A stretch of 64,000 nt of DNA from a virus. This document shows, in pieces, positions 18,963 to 27,174 of the stretch. The stretch lies in IMG/VR virus record IMGVR_UViG_3300042402_003740, positions 1 to 64,000 of that record. One strand, given 5' to 3'. How positions within the stretch are numbered: position 1 is the stretch's first letter; each line of letters starts with the position of its first letter. The notes beneath the pieces were generated by a model. It made no database searches. It saw nothing but the letters and a program-made list of their open reading frames with translations, and was not told the origin of the DNA. The position numbers and the translations under genes are program-made.

Positions 18963-20185
18963 TAGTTTGCCTCCTTGAATGGGTCTTTTGCGTTGAACCC
19001 ATCAAGTTCTTCCTTACGAATATTTGCTGCAAACTGTTCTAGACGATTCTTTGGAATCTTCAGACCGGAGATAAGCGTGTAAAGACGAAGTGTGGGCTTT
19101 TCGTCTTCGTAGATGCCACGGTGCAGAGTTGCACTCGGACATAGTGAAGACAGTGTATCGAATCCATAGGAAAGACTGTCCATCAATCCTGGTGTATTCT
19201 CCATTATTTCCTTGCCACCAACGGCGCAACAAGCAGCATAGGTTGCTTCTGAAATATCTAATTCTGCAAGCAAGGTCTTGTCTACATTAGACTTGATTGC
19301 TCCAGAAATCTTTGTTTCGTGTGCTGGTTCTTTTTTGTCACCATCACTTTTAACAGGATCGAGTTTAGAAACACCCATGACCATTGTTCCACCACAGCGA
19401 AGCACGGTTGCATAGTCTGTTGGGTCGAAAGAGGTATATGGGGAAGCGTGTTTAGAAAGCACATTGAAGATATGGAATAGTCCTGATACAGTATTGTTTA
19501 TAGTTGACCAGAACTCTTTGACTGTAAGATTCTTGTACATCTTTTCAATCTTTGAGTTATCAAGAATGATAAGAGGAGAGATCTCTTTCCGTTCTGCTTG
19601 TCCACCGACTTGCTTCAACACACGATATGCATTGAAGGAAACCTTTGGAGAGGCTGCTTCACCACGGGTGGGAAGAGACATCACAACACCTACACGCTCT
19701 TCTGGTTTGTCATGTCCGATGAACTTCATGTACTTCTTTGCAATGTCGATAAGCACAAGTGAAGATCCGCTACCGCTACCGCCTCCTGCACCAATGCAAA
19801 CCATAATGTGGTCAACTTTTGTTCCATATGTTTTACGCATAAGATCAAAAATCTGCTGCTTGTATTTCATAGCAGCAGATGCACCACGCTCCATGTCTTT
19901 TCCTGCTCCCTCTTCACCGATATCCAAGAGCATTTTCTGTGCAGCAGGAATGTCCAAGCGGTCTAGATCTTGTCTTGAAGTATTTACGGCAATGCACTTC
20001 TTGTAGCCACGGTCATAGAAAGCCTTTGCAAGACGACCTCCACCTTGACCTGAACCAATCCATGCAAACACATGGGAACCACCGCTTTGGTCTTCAACGC
20101 ATTGTTCCGTTGAATCTGGTTCCTTGTAGTCTTCTAACTCAAGATCGGGTATCTCTAGATCTGGTACATCTGGTAACTCATCCAT
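18962..20185 (-). CDS. Tubulin/FtsZ-superfamily GTPase
   Basis: GSGQGGGR (T1), AVNT, GAGKD (T3), GAGGGSGSG (T4 signature), LDN (T6), SFDPTDY (T7); acidic N-terminal tail. Confidence 0.92.
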   Translation of the reverse strand: MDELPDVPDLEIPDLELEDYKEPDSTEQCVEDQSGGSHVFAWIGSGQGGGRLAKAFYDRGYKKCIAVNTSRQDLDRLDIPAAQKMLLDIGEEGAGKDMERGASAAMKYKQQIFDLMRKTYGTKVDHIMVCIGAGGGSGSGSSLVLIDIAKKYMKFIGHDKPEERVGVVMSLPTRGEAASPKVSFNAYRVLKQVGGQAERKEISPLIILDNSKIEKMYKNLTVKEFWSTINNTVSGLFHIFNVLSKHASPYTSFDPTDYATVLRCGGTMVMGVSKLDPVKSDGDKKEPAHETKISGAIKSNVDKTLLAELDISEATYAACCAVGGKEIMENTPGLMDSLSYGFDTLSSLCPSATLHRGIYEDEKPTLRLYTLISGLKIPKNRLEQFAANIRKEELDGFNAKDPFKEAN

Positions 20186-20197
20186 TTTTATCTCCTT

Positions 20198-21454
20198 TTA
20201 CCATGAATATGATATTTCTGTAGTTTCTAATCCGAAAAATTCAAGCACGGCTGCGATACCTTTTGCAAACAGGCGAGCAATCATACTTAAAACTGCCTTT
20301 ACGACACTTATGAACTGTTTGTATGCATTAGCAACAGCACTTCCTGCCGATTTGATAAGACTTACGGTTGTATCCAAAACACCTTCTGTAAGGCAAGCAT
20401 ACTCAAAATCTTGGTGCAAAGCCTTCTCAATAATCATAAAAGCCGAGTATTGCTGTGGAGAGAGTTCCCATGTTTCTCTTATGTCCACACGGAGCGATCC
20501 ACCGCCTTCTTCTCCACGATCACGGATGTTCATACGAAATGCACTAAAATGCGAGTCAATGAATTCATCAATGTCCAATATGCGAAGGTTGCCCTTTTCA
20601 TTCCATATCATAAACCAGTCAGCACTTCTATCTTTTTCTGATGGGATGTACCGTTTTTCTCCTGAAGCAAACTCTTTGAAGATTTTCTTCCTGATAGGGG
20701 ATGATGCCATGAAGTTTGTGATATTTTGAGTTATTGCTGGTCTTATACCAGACATCTGTAGGAATTTCTGAACAGCCCTCATTTGAGCAACAGAAGGAAT
20801 ACCCGATCCTGCTTTCAGTCCTAGTAGAGCAGAAAGAGAGGAGTCGAAGTCCTTTTGTCCGTATTTACTACGAAGGGTGTAATAGTTTTCTTTTGATAAT
20901 ACAGAAGATATGACCTTACGAACGGCTTTGACCGCTTCATTGTTTTGACCGAGGGCAGCAGAGATAACAGCATTGGCTTCTCCTGCTTTTGCCGATGCAA
21001 CCTGTGCATCTCCCTCTTTTTTCATGCTTACACGCATTTTTCCATTTAGTTGGGAAGAAATCACAATATCTGATTTAGGATCTCCATTGCACTTTCCATC
21101 ATCACACATATAGGTCTTGTATATGGGAGAGAGTACACTTGCCCCATCACTAGTTTTTTTGTTTTGGTGTACTTTTGCTCCCTTGACTGCGCCAGATACT
21201 AGTTCAATATTCTCTGCACACTTCTGTGCAACCGCCATTGCAGCGGATGATTGATAACTGGATATGTCTGTCTTTTTTAGAAGAGCAGCAACCAAATCAG
21301 ATTCAAATCTGGTTGGATTAATAACAGAACTGCTCTGCTTTGCAGAGTCAGATTGTGCTTTTAGTCTTGACGCTATGTCGGATATTCTGCTCAATCGTTC
21401 TTGCTCCGAGGCTTGAAGTACACCATTTCTTGAGACATGGTGTTTCTTAAGCAT
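20198..21454 (-). CDS. Hypothetical protein, PD-(D/E)xK-like nuclease fold possible
   Basis: FE...PKSD...VSMKK pattern. Confidence 0.5.
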   Translation of the reverse strand: MLKKHHVSRNGVLQASEQERLSRISDIASRLKAQSDSAKQSSSVINPTRFESDLVAALLKKTDISSYQSSAAMAVAQKCAENIELVSGAVKGAKVHQNKKTSDGASVLSPIYKTYMCDDGKCNGDPKSDIVISSQLNGKMRVSMKKEGDAQVASAKAGEANAVISAALGQNNEAVKAVRKVISSVLSKENYYTLRSKYGQKDFDSSLSALLGLKAGSGIPSVAQMRAVQKFLQMSGIRPAITQNITNFMASSPIRKKIFKEFASGEKRYIPSEKDRSADWFMIWNEKGNLRILDIDEFIDSHFSAFRMNIRDRGEEGGGSLRVDIRETWELSPQQYSAFMIIEKALHQDFEYACLTEGVLDTTVSLIKSAGSAVANAYKQFISVVKAVLSMIARLFAKGIAAVLEFFGLETTEISYSW

Positions 21455-21702
21455 ATTGTCTTTGAGGGATTCTTATAGAGATATCTTCTTATCTTGTGAG
21501 AGGTTGTACCCTTTTCCGTTGCGTCAAAGTATTTCCCCCATCTTTCCCATTTTTTGGTTCCACGCATGAGTTTTGTATACTCATCATTTGCCACATCAAA
21601 GACACGACAACCTCCAAAGTACTCTGGCTTTTGGGGTGGTATTGTTGGTTCCTGTGTTGTTGGGAATCCGGTGGTGTTTGTTACTGGTAAAGAGCCTTCC
21701 AT
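21391..21702 (-). CDS. Hypothetical protein
   Basis: CATACATA late box and GGAGG SD upstream. Confidence 0.65.
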   Translation of the reverse strand: MEGSLPVTNTTGFPTTQEPTIPPQKPEYFGGCRVFDVANDEYTKLMRGTKKWERWGKYFDATEKGTTSHKIRRYLYKNPSKTICLRNTMSQEMVYFKPRSKND

Positions 21703-21740
21703 ATTTCCTCCATTCTTTTGTATGTATGGAGCGGACTGGG

Positions 21741-22133
21741 TTAGGCTTTACCTAGATTTCTTAAAATGGAGACTACCTTCTGATCTAGAGGGATAGACAT
21801 GATATCTGCTTCTGGTATTTCGGATTGTGGTAGTGTATTCAGAAAAACCAAGAATGTCTTCAAAACAGAGTGCATTTGTGTAGGAAGCCTGTGAAACAGT
21901 ATCCTGCTTGAGCACTCTATTCCGAAGACATTCTGTAAGATAATTATATGGTTGAGTATGAGTCTTTCTTTTAAAACATCAGTATTGAGATATACCTGAA
22001 ACAGTTTTTTAATGTATTTGAGTCTATTCATGTCTTCGTGAAACTCTTCAATGCCTGTACAAGCAGGATTGGTATAGTGCTTCATGGCATACATGATATA
22101 GTTCTCATTCGTCAAAGACTCAAATTTCATCAT
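21741..22133 (-). CDS. Conserved T4-like phage hypothetical protein
   Basis: 'YAMKHY.NP.C...EEF.EDMNRLKYIKKL...LILNHIIILQNVFG', recognisable from marine and freshwater T4-likes. Confidence 0.7.
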   Translation of the reverse strand: MMKFESLTNENYIMYAMKHYTNPACTGIEEFHEDMNRLKYIKKLFQVYLNTDVLKERLILNHIIILQNVFGIECSSRILFHRLPTQMHSVLKTFLVFLNTLPQSEIPEADIMSIPLDQKVVSILRNLGKA

Positions 22134-22144
22134 AAACTGTCCTA

Positions 22145-22681
22145 TCAATCGTCTTGTGGTATTATCTCTCCATCTAGAATTTTGCTTGAAAATTCAATGT
22201 TTGAAGAAGGATCAGCAAAAACAGAAGGGGTTACATGGATTCTTATGGTCAACTTGTATCCTAGTTTTGATTGGATTCCATCGTCTTCGACACGATAACC
22301 AGGATAGGTTTGGTCTATCTGATAAGGATACAGGGGGGATGTTCGGGCGAATAGGGGAAAATCAACATATCCTGATTCCATAGATTTAAGGGCTTGGATA
22401 CGGTCACTGCTCAAATCAATATCATATCCTGCTCGGTTGAGAGCAATTTTTAGATATGAAAGAGCAGAAAGAGGAGCAACAGGATTTGCATATTCAATCA
22501 GAGAACTCTGTAGAACCTGTCCAAGCAACTCTATTGTCTTTGGAGAAGAGATGTCGTAAATTCTAAACATATCCTCTTCAGAATAGAGAGCATCAAGATT
22601 CATCTTTGGGATAGAACCTTTGTTTATGTTTACAGGAAGCATGGCTCCCCAAGAATCGTTGGCTTCTTTGAGTTTTTTCAT
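22145..22681 (-). CDS. Hypothetical protein (N-terminus MKKLKE, possible capsid-targeting leader)
   Basis: ORF in the late operon. Confidence 0.6.
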   Translation of the reverse strand: MKKLKEANDSWGAMLPVNINKGSIPKMNLDALYSEEDMFRIYDISSPKTIELLGQVLQSSLIEYANPVAPLSALSYLKIALNRAGYDIDLSSDRIQALKSMESGYVDFPLFARTSPLYPYQIDQTYPGYRVEDDGIQSKLGYKLTIRIHVTPSVFADPSSNIEFSSKILDGEIIPQDD

Positions 22682-22686
22682 TTTTC

Positions 22687-25365
22687 TCACCAAGTTGCGT
22701 CGTTACCCTTATCTAGTAGAATCTTTTTGGTCTTAACATCTATGACTTGTAATCCAGCAGAAGTTGGACGAAGTTCAACAAATCTTCCACTAGACTTCAC
22801 AACAAATACTTCATCCCCCTGATACAACCTCTTCAAGACAACCATTTCGTATTCATCTCTCTTGCCCCATTTCTTTCCGTATATGGTGATAGGGGTCTTC
22901 ATGGGCTTACGATCAAAGATATCAAGGATTTCCTCTGCATTCTTTGTGTTTGCAGCCATAGCCTTTTCGGTCTTCTTCTCGGCTCCCTTTGCTGGAGTCT
23001 TCATTATGTTGCCAAAGCGGTCAGTCTTGCGCTTCTTCATGGGGTCGGCTGCACGGTCGTAGAATCCAGGAACCTCATCCTCTGGTACTTCTTCCTCATG
23101 CCAACCGTCTTCATCGTTCCACTTGAGGGTAACAGTCTTTTCTTCTTTGTTTCTGTCTACAATTTGTGCATCACGGGGAATTGTGGCTTCATCCAAGTCA
23201 AGGGACTCTTTCATGCCCTTCAGTTGCTCTTCGGCATCGGCAAGATTGTCCTGCCAGAACTGTATATCGTCTTCAGCCTTTTTTATGCTCTCTTTGCTCA
23301 AGCCAGCCTTTTTCAACATCTTCAGTTTCATCGTAAGAGACTTTATCTCTTCCTTTGAACCCTTTATGGCGGCTTTGAGTTCTGCACTCGAATGGACATA
23401 AGAGCCTTCGTCCAGTTCAACGGACTCCTTTACAAACTTTTTACCACGGCTGCTCTTGATGAATTTAGAGAACCAGGAGTATACATCTCCTCTTGGTGGA
23501 TATTCGTATTCCTTAAATAATTTCCTTCCGTGCAATTCTCCAGAAAGAGATCCATAACGATCTTCGTATTTAAGATATCCTACTTTCTTGCCATTCTTTA
23601 GTATAGGATACACACTTATGGTTTGTGTGCCTACTGTGCTGATTCGATCAAGTCCTTGTCTTTCGATATATTCGTGTCGTATTTCTGGCAAAGACAATTC
23701 ATATCTTGCAGTACCTTCATTCAGTTCAACGGACTCTTTCAAATCTCCATGAAAGGAGTGAAATGACACAAGAAGTTCCGAGGCTCCCTGATGGTGTTTT
23801 TTGTCACCATCAAAAAGTGGATTCACATTATTTTTAACTAAGATTGCTTGGATGCCTTTGATGGTTTGTTGATCTCTGATAGATGAACCGTATTCATTAT
23901 ACGCCTTGAGTTCTTTCCCAAACTTCTTCTTGAGTTCGGCTACAACATTCTTTGGAAGACTCTCTATCCAATCTTCGATAGATGCTTTAACTGCACCTTC
24001 ATTAATTGTTGCTTCATCCAAGTCTCCGTGGAAAGTATGGAAAGACATGATGATTGCCGAAGTTCCCTCGGCATGGTTCTTGTCTCCAAGGAGAGGCTTC
24101 ACCCTGTTGCGAACAAGAATTTGGCGAATCTTTTCACGGGTTGGATCGTCAATAACAATTGATCCACCCATGTCAGCCGCCTTCAATTTCTTTCCAAACT
24201 TGTTCTTTATCTCGGCTATGACTTTCTTTGGAAGATCGTAGAGCCAATCTTCTAGTGCTCCCTTCATTCCACCTTCGTTGAGTGCATCAACACCTTCCGC
24301 TAGACCGATCCCCATTGCTTTCTTGTAATGCCTTTCTGCCTCACTCATCAGGTGTCCAGTATCTTTAACAAACTTGTGGTATTGGGACTTGGGATTGAAC
24401 GACAACGCAAAGACATATTCAAGTGATGTCTCTGCCTGATTCTGATCGAACGGCAACTTCTTATTCTTTAGTATCTTGAAAAAATCATTGTAATCATACT
24501 TTGATGGTATGAACTGGGGTTCATCTTTTGCTTTGGAAAAGTAGGCTTCGCTGATAGGTTCACCCAAGCGGGTCTTTGTCCTGATGCCGTGACGCTTGTT
24601 GTACTGTTTCCATGCCACGCCATAGAGATAGGAAGCCCAATCATCACCGTAACGATCCTTGAAACTAGCCTTGGCTTTCTTCACTAGACGCTCGGACTTC
24701 TCGTCAGGAGGAGTTACTTCGTTTAGGAGTTCTTCGTTCACTTTGGCTTTCTTGGATTTCTTCTCTGGTTTCATTGGTCTTTCCAGTCCTTTTCTTATTG
24801 CATCAAATAGTTCTCTTGCTCCAGAGAACCCTGACGGCATACCCTTTTTGAATAGTTTGAAATCATTCTCGGCGGCGGCGGCACGGAGTTTTGATGCACT
24901 CATGCCCTCTACGCCCTCGGCTTCGGGATCACGCTTTCCTGCACTCACAACCTTGAAGTCCTCAAAGTTCAATCCTGTCTCGGGATCATCGCTGCCCAAA
25001 TACTGCTTGACAGTTTTTGTTATCTCTGGAACACGATCATCGCCTACAACTATATGAACGGTGGTGTATTTTTCTTTCTGAAGTTGATACAGGACACGCA
25101 TAAAGGTGTTTGTATCATTGTCTCCCATGACAATGTTTGCCTTTGGGAACATCTTTCGCATAAACTTGATCTTGTCACTGTACTGTAGTGGATTCTTTAT
25201 CGCTGCTTTTGGACGATTACCGTCGAATGATTGTGAGGCATAAATGCGGTGTTCTGCCCCCATCTTTTGGGCATGAGCGATCACGGCATTGATAAGTTTT
25301 TCATGCCCTATGGTTGGGGGCTGAAAGCGTCCAAATGTAATTACAACTGCTCTTTTTTTAGCCAT
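22687..25365 (-). CDS. Cytidylyltransferase-like (HIGH superfamily) domain fused to a chain of E-linker-separated modules
   Basis: FGRFQPPTIGH, VVGDDR, SAGKRDP...MSASKLR; then modules bounded by LLNE, ISE, LNE, INE, ESVELNE, ESVELDE, ESLDLDE. Confidence 0.8.
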   Translation of the reverse strand: MAKKRAVVITFGRFQPPTIGHEKLINAVIAHAQKMGAEHRIYASQSFDGNRPKAAIKNPLQYSDKIKFMRKMFPKANIVMGDNDTNTFMRVLYQLQKEKYTTVHIVVGDDRVPEITKTVKQYLGSDDPETGLNFEDFKVVSAGKRDPEAEGVEGMSASKLRAAAAENDFKLFKKGMPSGFSGARELFDAIRKGLERPMKPEKKSKKAKVNEELLNEVTPPDEKSERLVKKAKASFKDRYGDDWASYLYGVAWKQYNKRHGIRTKTRLGEPISEAYFSKAKDEPQFIPSKYDYNDFFKILKNKKLPFDQNQAETSLEYVFALSFNPKSQYHKFVKDTGHLMSEAERHYKKAMGIGLAEGVDALNEGGMKGALEDWLYDLPKKVIAEIKNKFGKKLKAADMGGSIVIDDPTREKIRQILVRNRVKPLLGDKNHAEGTSAIIMSFHTFHGDLDEATINEGAVKASIEDWIESLPKNVVAELKKKFGKELKAYNEYGSSIRDQQTIKGIQAILVKNNVNPLFDGDKKHHQGASELLVSFHSFHGDLKESVELNEGTARYELSLPEIRHEYIERQGLDRISTVGTQTISVYPILKNGKKVGYLKYEDRYGSLSGELHGRKLFKEYEYPPRGDVYSWFSKFIKSSRGKKFVKESVELDEGSYVHSSAELKAAIKGSKEEIKSLTMKLKMLKKAGLSKESIKKAEDDIQFWQDNLADAEEQLKGMKESLDLDEATIPRDAQIVDRNKEEKTVTLKWNDEDGWHEEEVPEDEVPGFYDRAADPMKKRKTDRFGNIMKTPAKGAEKKTEKAMAANTKNAEEILDIFDRKPMKTPITIYGKKWGKRDEYEMVVLKRLYQGDEVFVVKSSGRFVELRPTSAGLQVIDVKTKKILLDKGNDATW

Positions 25366-25407
25366 AAGATAACCTCGGTATTTCTTATCGTATATAGTAA
25401 ATAAGAA

Positions 25408-25435
25408 GGGGAGTCGATTTTTACTTCGACTCCCC
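25408..25435 (-). terminator. GC-rich hairpin followed by a U-rich tract on the minus strand
   Basis: ggggagtcga/tcgactcccc stem, then ttcttattt. Confidence 0.65.
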
Positions 25436-25491
25436 GCCTCGGGCTTTCCCCTTTTTCTAATTCTGTTTCCCCATCACCGAGGTAGGGATAT

Positions 25492-26745
25492 CTATACTTT
25501 CCAGTTTTTCGGCAAATTGAAATTCTTTCTTGAGAAATCTAGTCGATCTACGAGTTTATATGCACGGTTGTTCATTCGGTTCACCACCACGAACCCTTCG
25601 GGGGGTGACGCTGTATATGTTCCGTTTTCTTGTGTAAATGAATCTAAACGCATCTTGGTCCGGCGGAGCCTGTCTATAACCAAAAGTTTGGCTTGTGAAA
25701 TGAGGAGGTGCAAGGCAAAGAGGCTGTCGTATTTGTTAGAATTTGACTCTATAGAGTCTAGCAAGGCTTTGGCGGCGGCAGTTCTTGCTTGTCTTGCATC
25801 ATCCTTTTTCACACCAACAGCGGTCTTTTCTATCTTTTCTTTCATATAGGAAAGAAATCCGCTACTGGAGCCTTGTGCAACTCCCTGTCGCACATTCGAA
25901 TTTATGTATATCATTAGATCGTCCACAAGACCCTTACTTTTCTGTAAAGAGTCCAAGAATTTTGCAGATTTCGCTCCTGTTCTTTCTATTTTTGCAAGTA
26001 GTATCTGTATTTCTTTCTTTTCTAAGGGATTCGCAGGGAGAGAGCAGGAACCTGTACCATCAGATCCCCCCTGTAGATTTGCATCAATAATCCACGCAGA
26101 AGCATTAGACTTCAAGTATGATATGTCAGGAGCAAAAGAAGGCGATAGGCTTGCAATCGTATCACCAGTGTACTTTGTATGAAAAACAACACCCATTTTT
26201 GCCTTTGCTATCTCTTTACCGATAGAGGAGTCGGCAGGAATGGCATAGGTAAGGGTGTTTGGGCGAAATGTAAGGTATTTTACTCCGTGTATCTCTTCGG
26301 TTTTGAGATCCTCATTTGTGAAGAGCATATCTCCCTGAAGAATTCCACGAATTCCAGAGTTTTTTAAATTTTTCAGAGCAATCTTTAGTTTTTCATTTAG
26401 ACCAGGAACAGGGTGGTTTTGGTCTATGTCTTTTGGTGTATAATTTATCTTTGGAGTTTTATTGAAAAGAGACTTTGTGGCAACAAAAAACTTACCATTT
26501 TCAGGATTTATTCCAACAATAATGGCAGGAGCACCGTCAAATTTTGTTGTAACACAAAAAGAAGCCTCTGCTTCATCCGAAAGTTCCAATACTTGTCGTA
26601 AGTAATCTGTCGCTGTCTTTATGCCAGAGGAACCCTGTAAGAGTATTGTGTCTTCGATGTGGGTAAGATGGGTAACACCACCAGAAGCCTTGTCTTCGGC
26701 TTCCTGTAATAGCAGCGTTTCCCCAAATTTAGTAAATGATAGCAT
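25492..26745 (-). CDS. Conserved T4-like protein (DUF6267-like, nucleotidyltransferase/ligase-like motifs)
   Basis: THLTHIED, KFDGAPA, QGD, PEGFV, KLVDRLDFS; N-terminus MLSFTKF..LLQE; CTAAATA late box at 26767-26773. Confidence 0.7.
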   Translation of the reverse strand: MLSFTKFGETLLLQEAEDKASGGVTHLTHIEDTILLQGSSGIKTATDYLRQVLELSDEAEASFCVTTKFDGAPAIIVGINPENGKFFVATKSLFNKTPKINYTPKDIDQNHPVPGLNEKLKIALKNLKNSGIRGILQGDMLFTNEDLKTEEIHGVKYLTFRPNTLTYAIPADSSIGKEIAKAKMGVVFHTKYTGDTIASLSPSFAPDISYLKSNASAWIIDANLQGGSDGTGSCSLPANPLEKKEIQILLAKIERTGAKSAKFLDSLQKSKGLVDDLMIYINSNVRQGVAQGSSSGFLSYMKEKIEKTAVGVKKDDARQARTAAAKALLDSIESNSNKYDSLFALHLLISQAKLLVIDRLRRTKMRLDSFTQENGTYTASPPEGFVVVNRMNNRAYKLVDRLDFSRKNFNLPKNWKV

Positions 26746-26776
26746 ACGGTTCTCCTTGTATGCTTGTATTTAGTAA

Positions 26777-26849
26777 TGCACTTGATAGGACTCGAACCTA
26801 CACTAAGTAGAACCTAAATCTACCGCCTCTGCCATTGGGCTACAAGTGC
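26777..26849 (-). tRNA. tRNA-Leu(TAG), short variable loop, no encoded CCA
   Basis: Cloverleaf: GCACTTG/CAAGTGC acceptor, GTAGA-tt-TAG-gt-TCTAC, GTAGG-TTCGAGT-CCTAT. Confidence 0.85.
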
Positions 26850-26854
26850 TCAAG

Positions 26855-26928
26855 CGTCCCCGAGTGGATTCGAACCACTAACCTACGACTTAGAAGGTCG
26901 TTGCAATATCCTATTATGCTACGAGGAC
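26855..26928 (-). tRNA. tRNA-Arg(TCT)
   Basis: GTCCTCG/CGGGGAC acceptor, ACGAC-ct-TCT-aa-GTCGT, TTCGAAT T-loop. Confidence 0.9.
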
Positions 26929-26945
26929 TTTATGTGTTGAACAAG

Positions 26946-26974
26946 AGTATACACTATCACTGCACACAAGTCAA
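26946..26974 (-). promoter_or_regulatory. sigma70-type promoter TTGACT-N17-TATACT for the tRNA pair
   Basis: Reverse-strand hexamers just upstream of tRNA-Arg. Confidence 0.7.
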
Positions 26975-27174
26975 GCCTTTTTGGTTTTCTTCTTTTTTAC
27001 AGGCTTCTTTTTTGGGGATTTCTTACCAAATATGGCATCCCAATTTTCCGACCACTTTTGGTAATCCACAGGGCGATATTGGTCGCCCTTTCCTGCTCCA
27101 TGATTTCCTTCCATTAGCGGTTTCTCCTAATATATACAATTAGCACAAGGTATCTATGCACCGAAGGAAATTCT

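Noticed and set aside
18962-20185. Nucleus-forming jumbo phage (PhuZ/chimallin) interpretation
   Set aside because: The core is T4-like (gp32/33/41/43/59/61, sigma70 and late boxes), and no chimallin or multisubunit RNAP is visible in this window.
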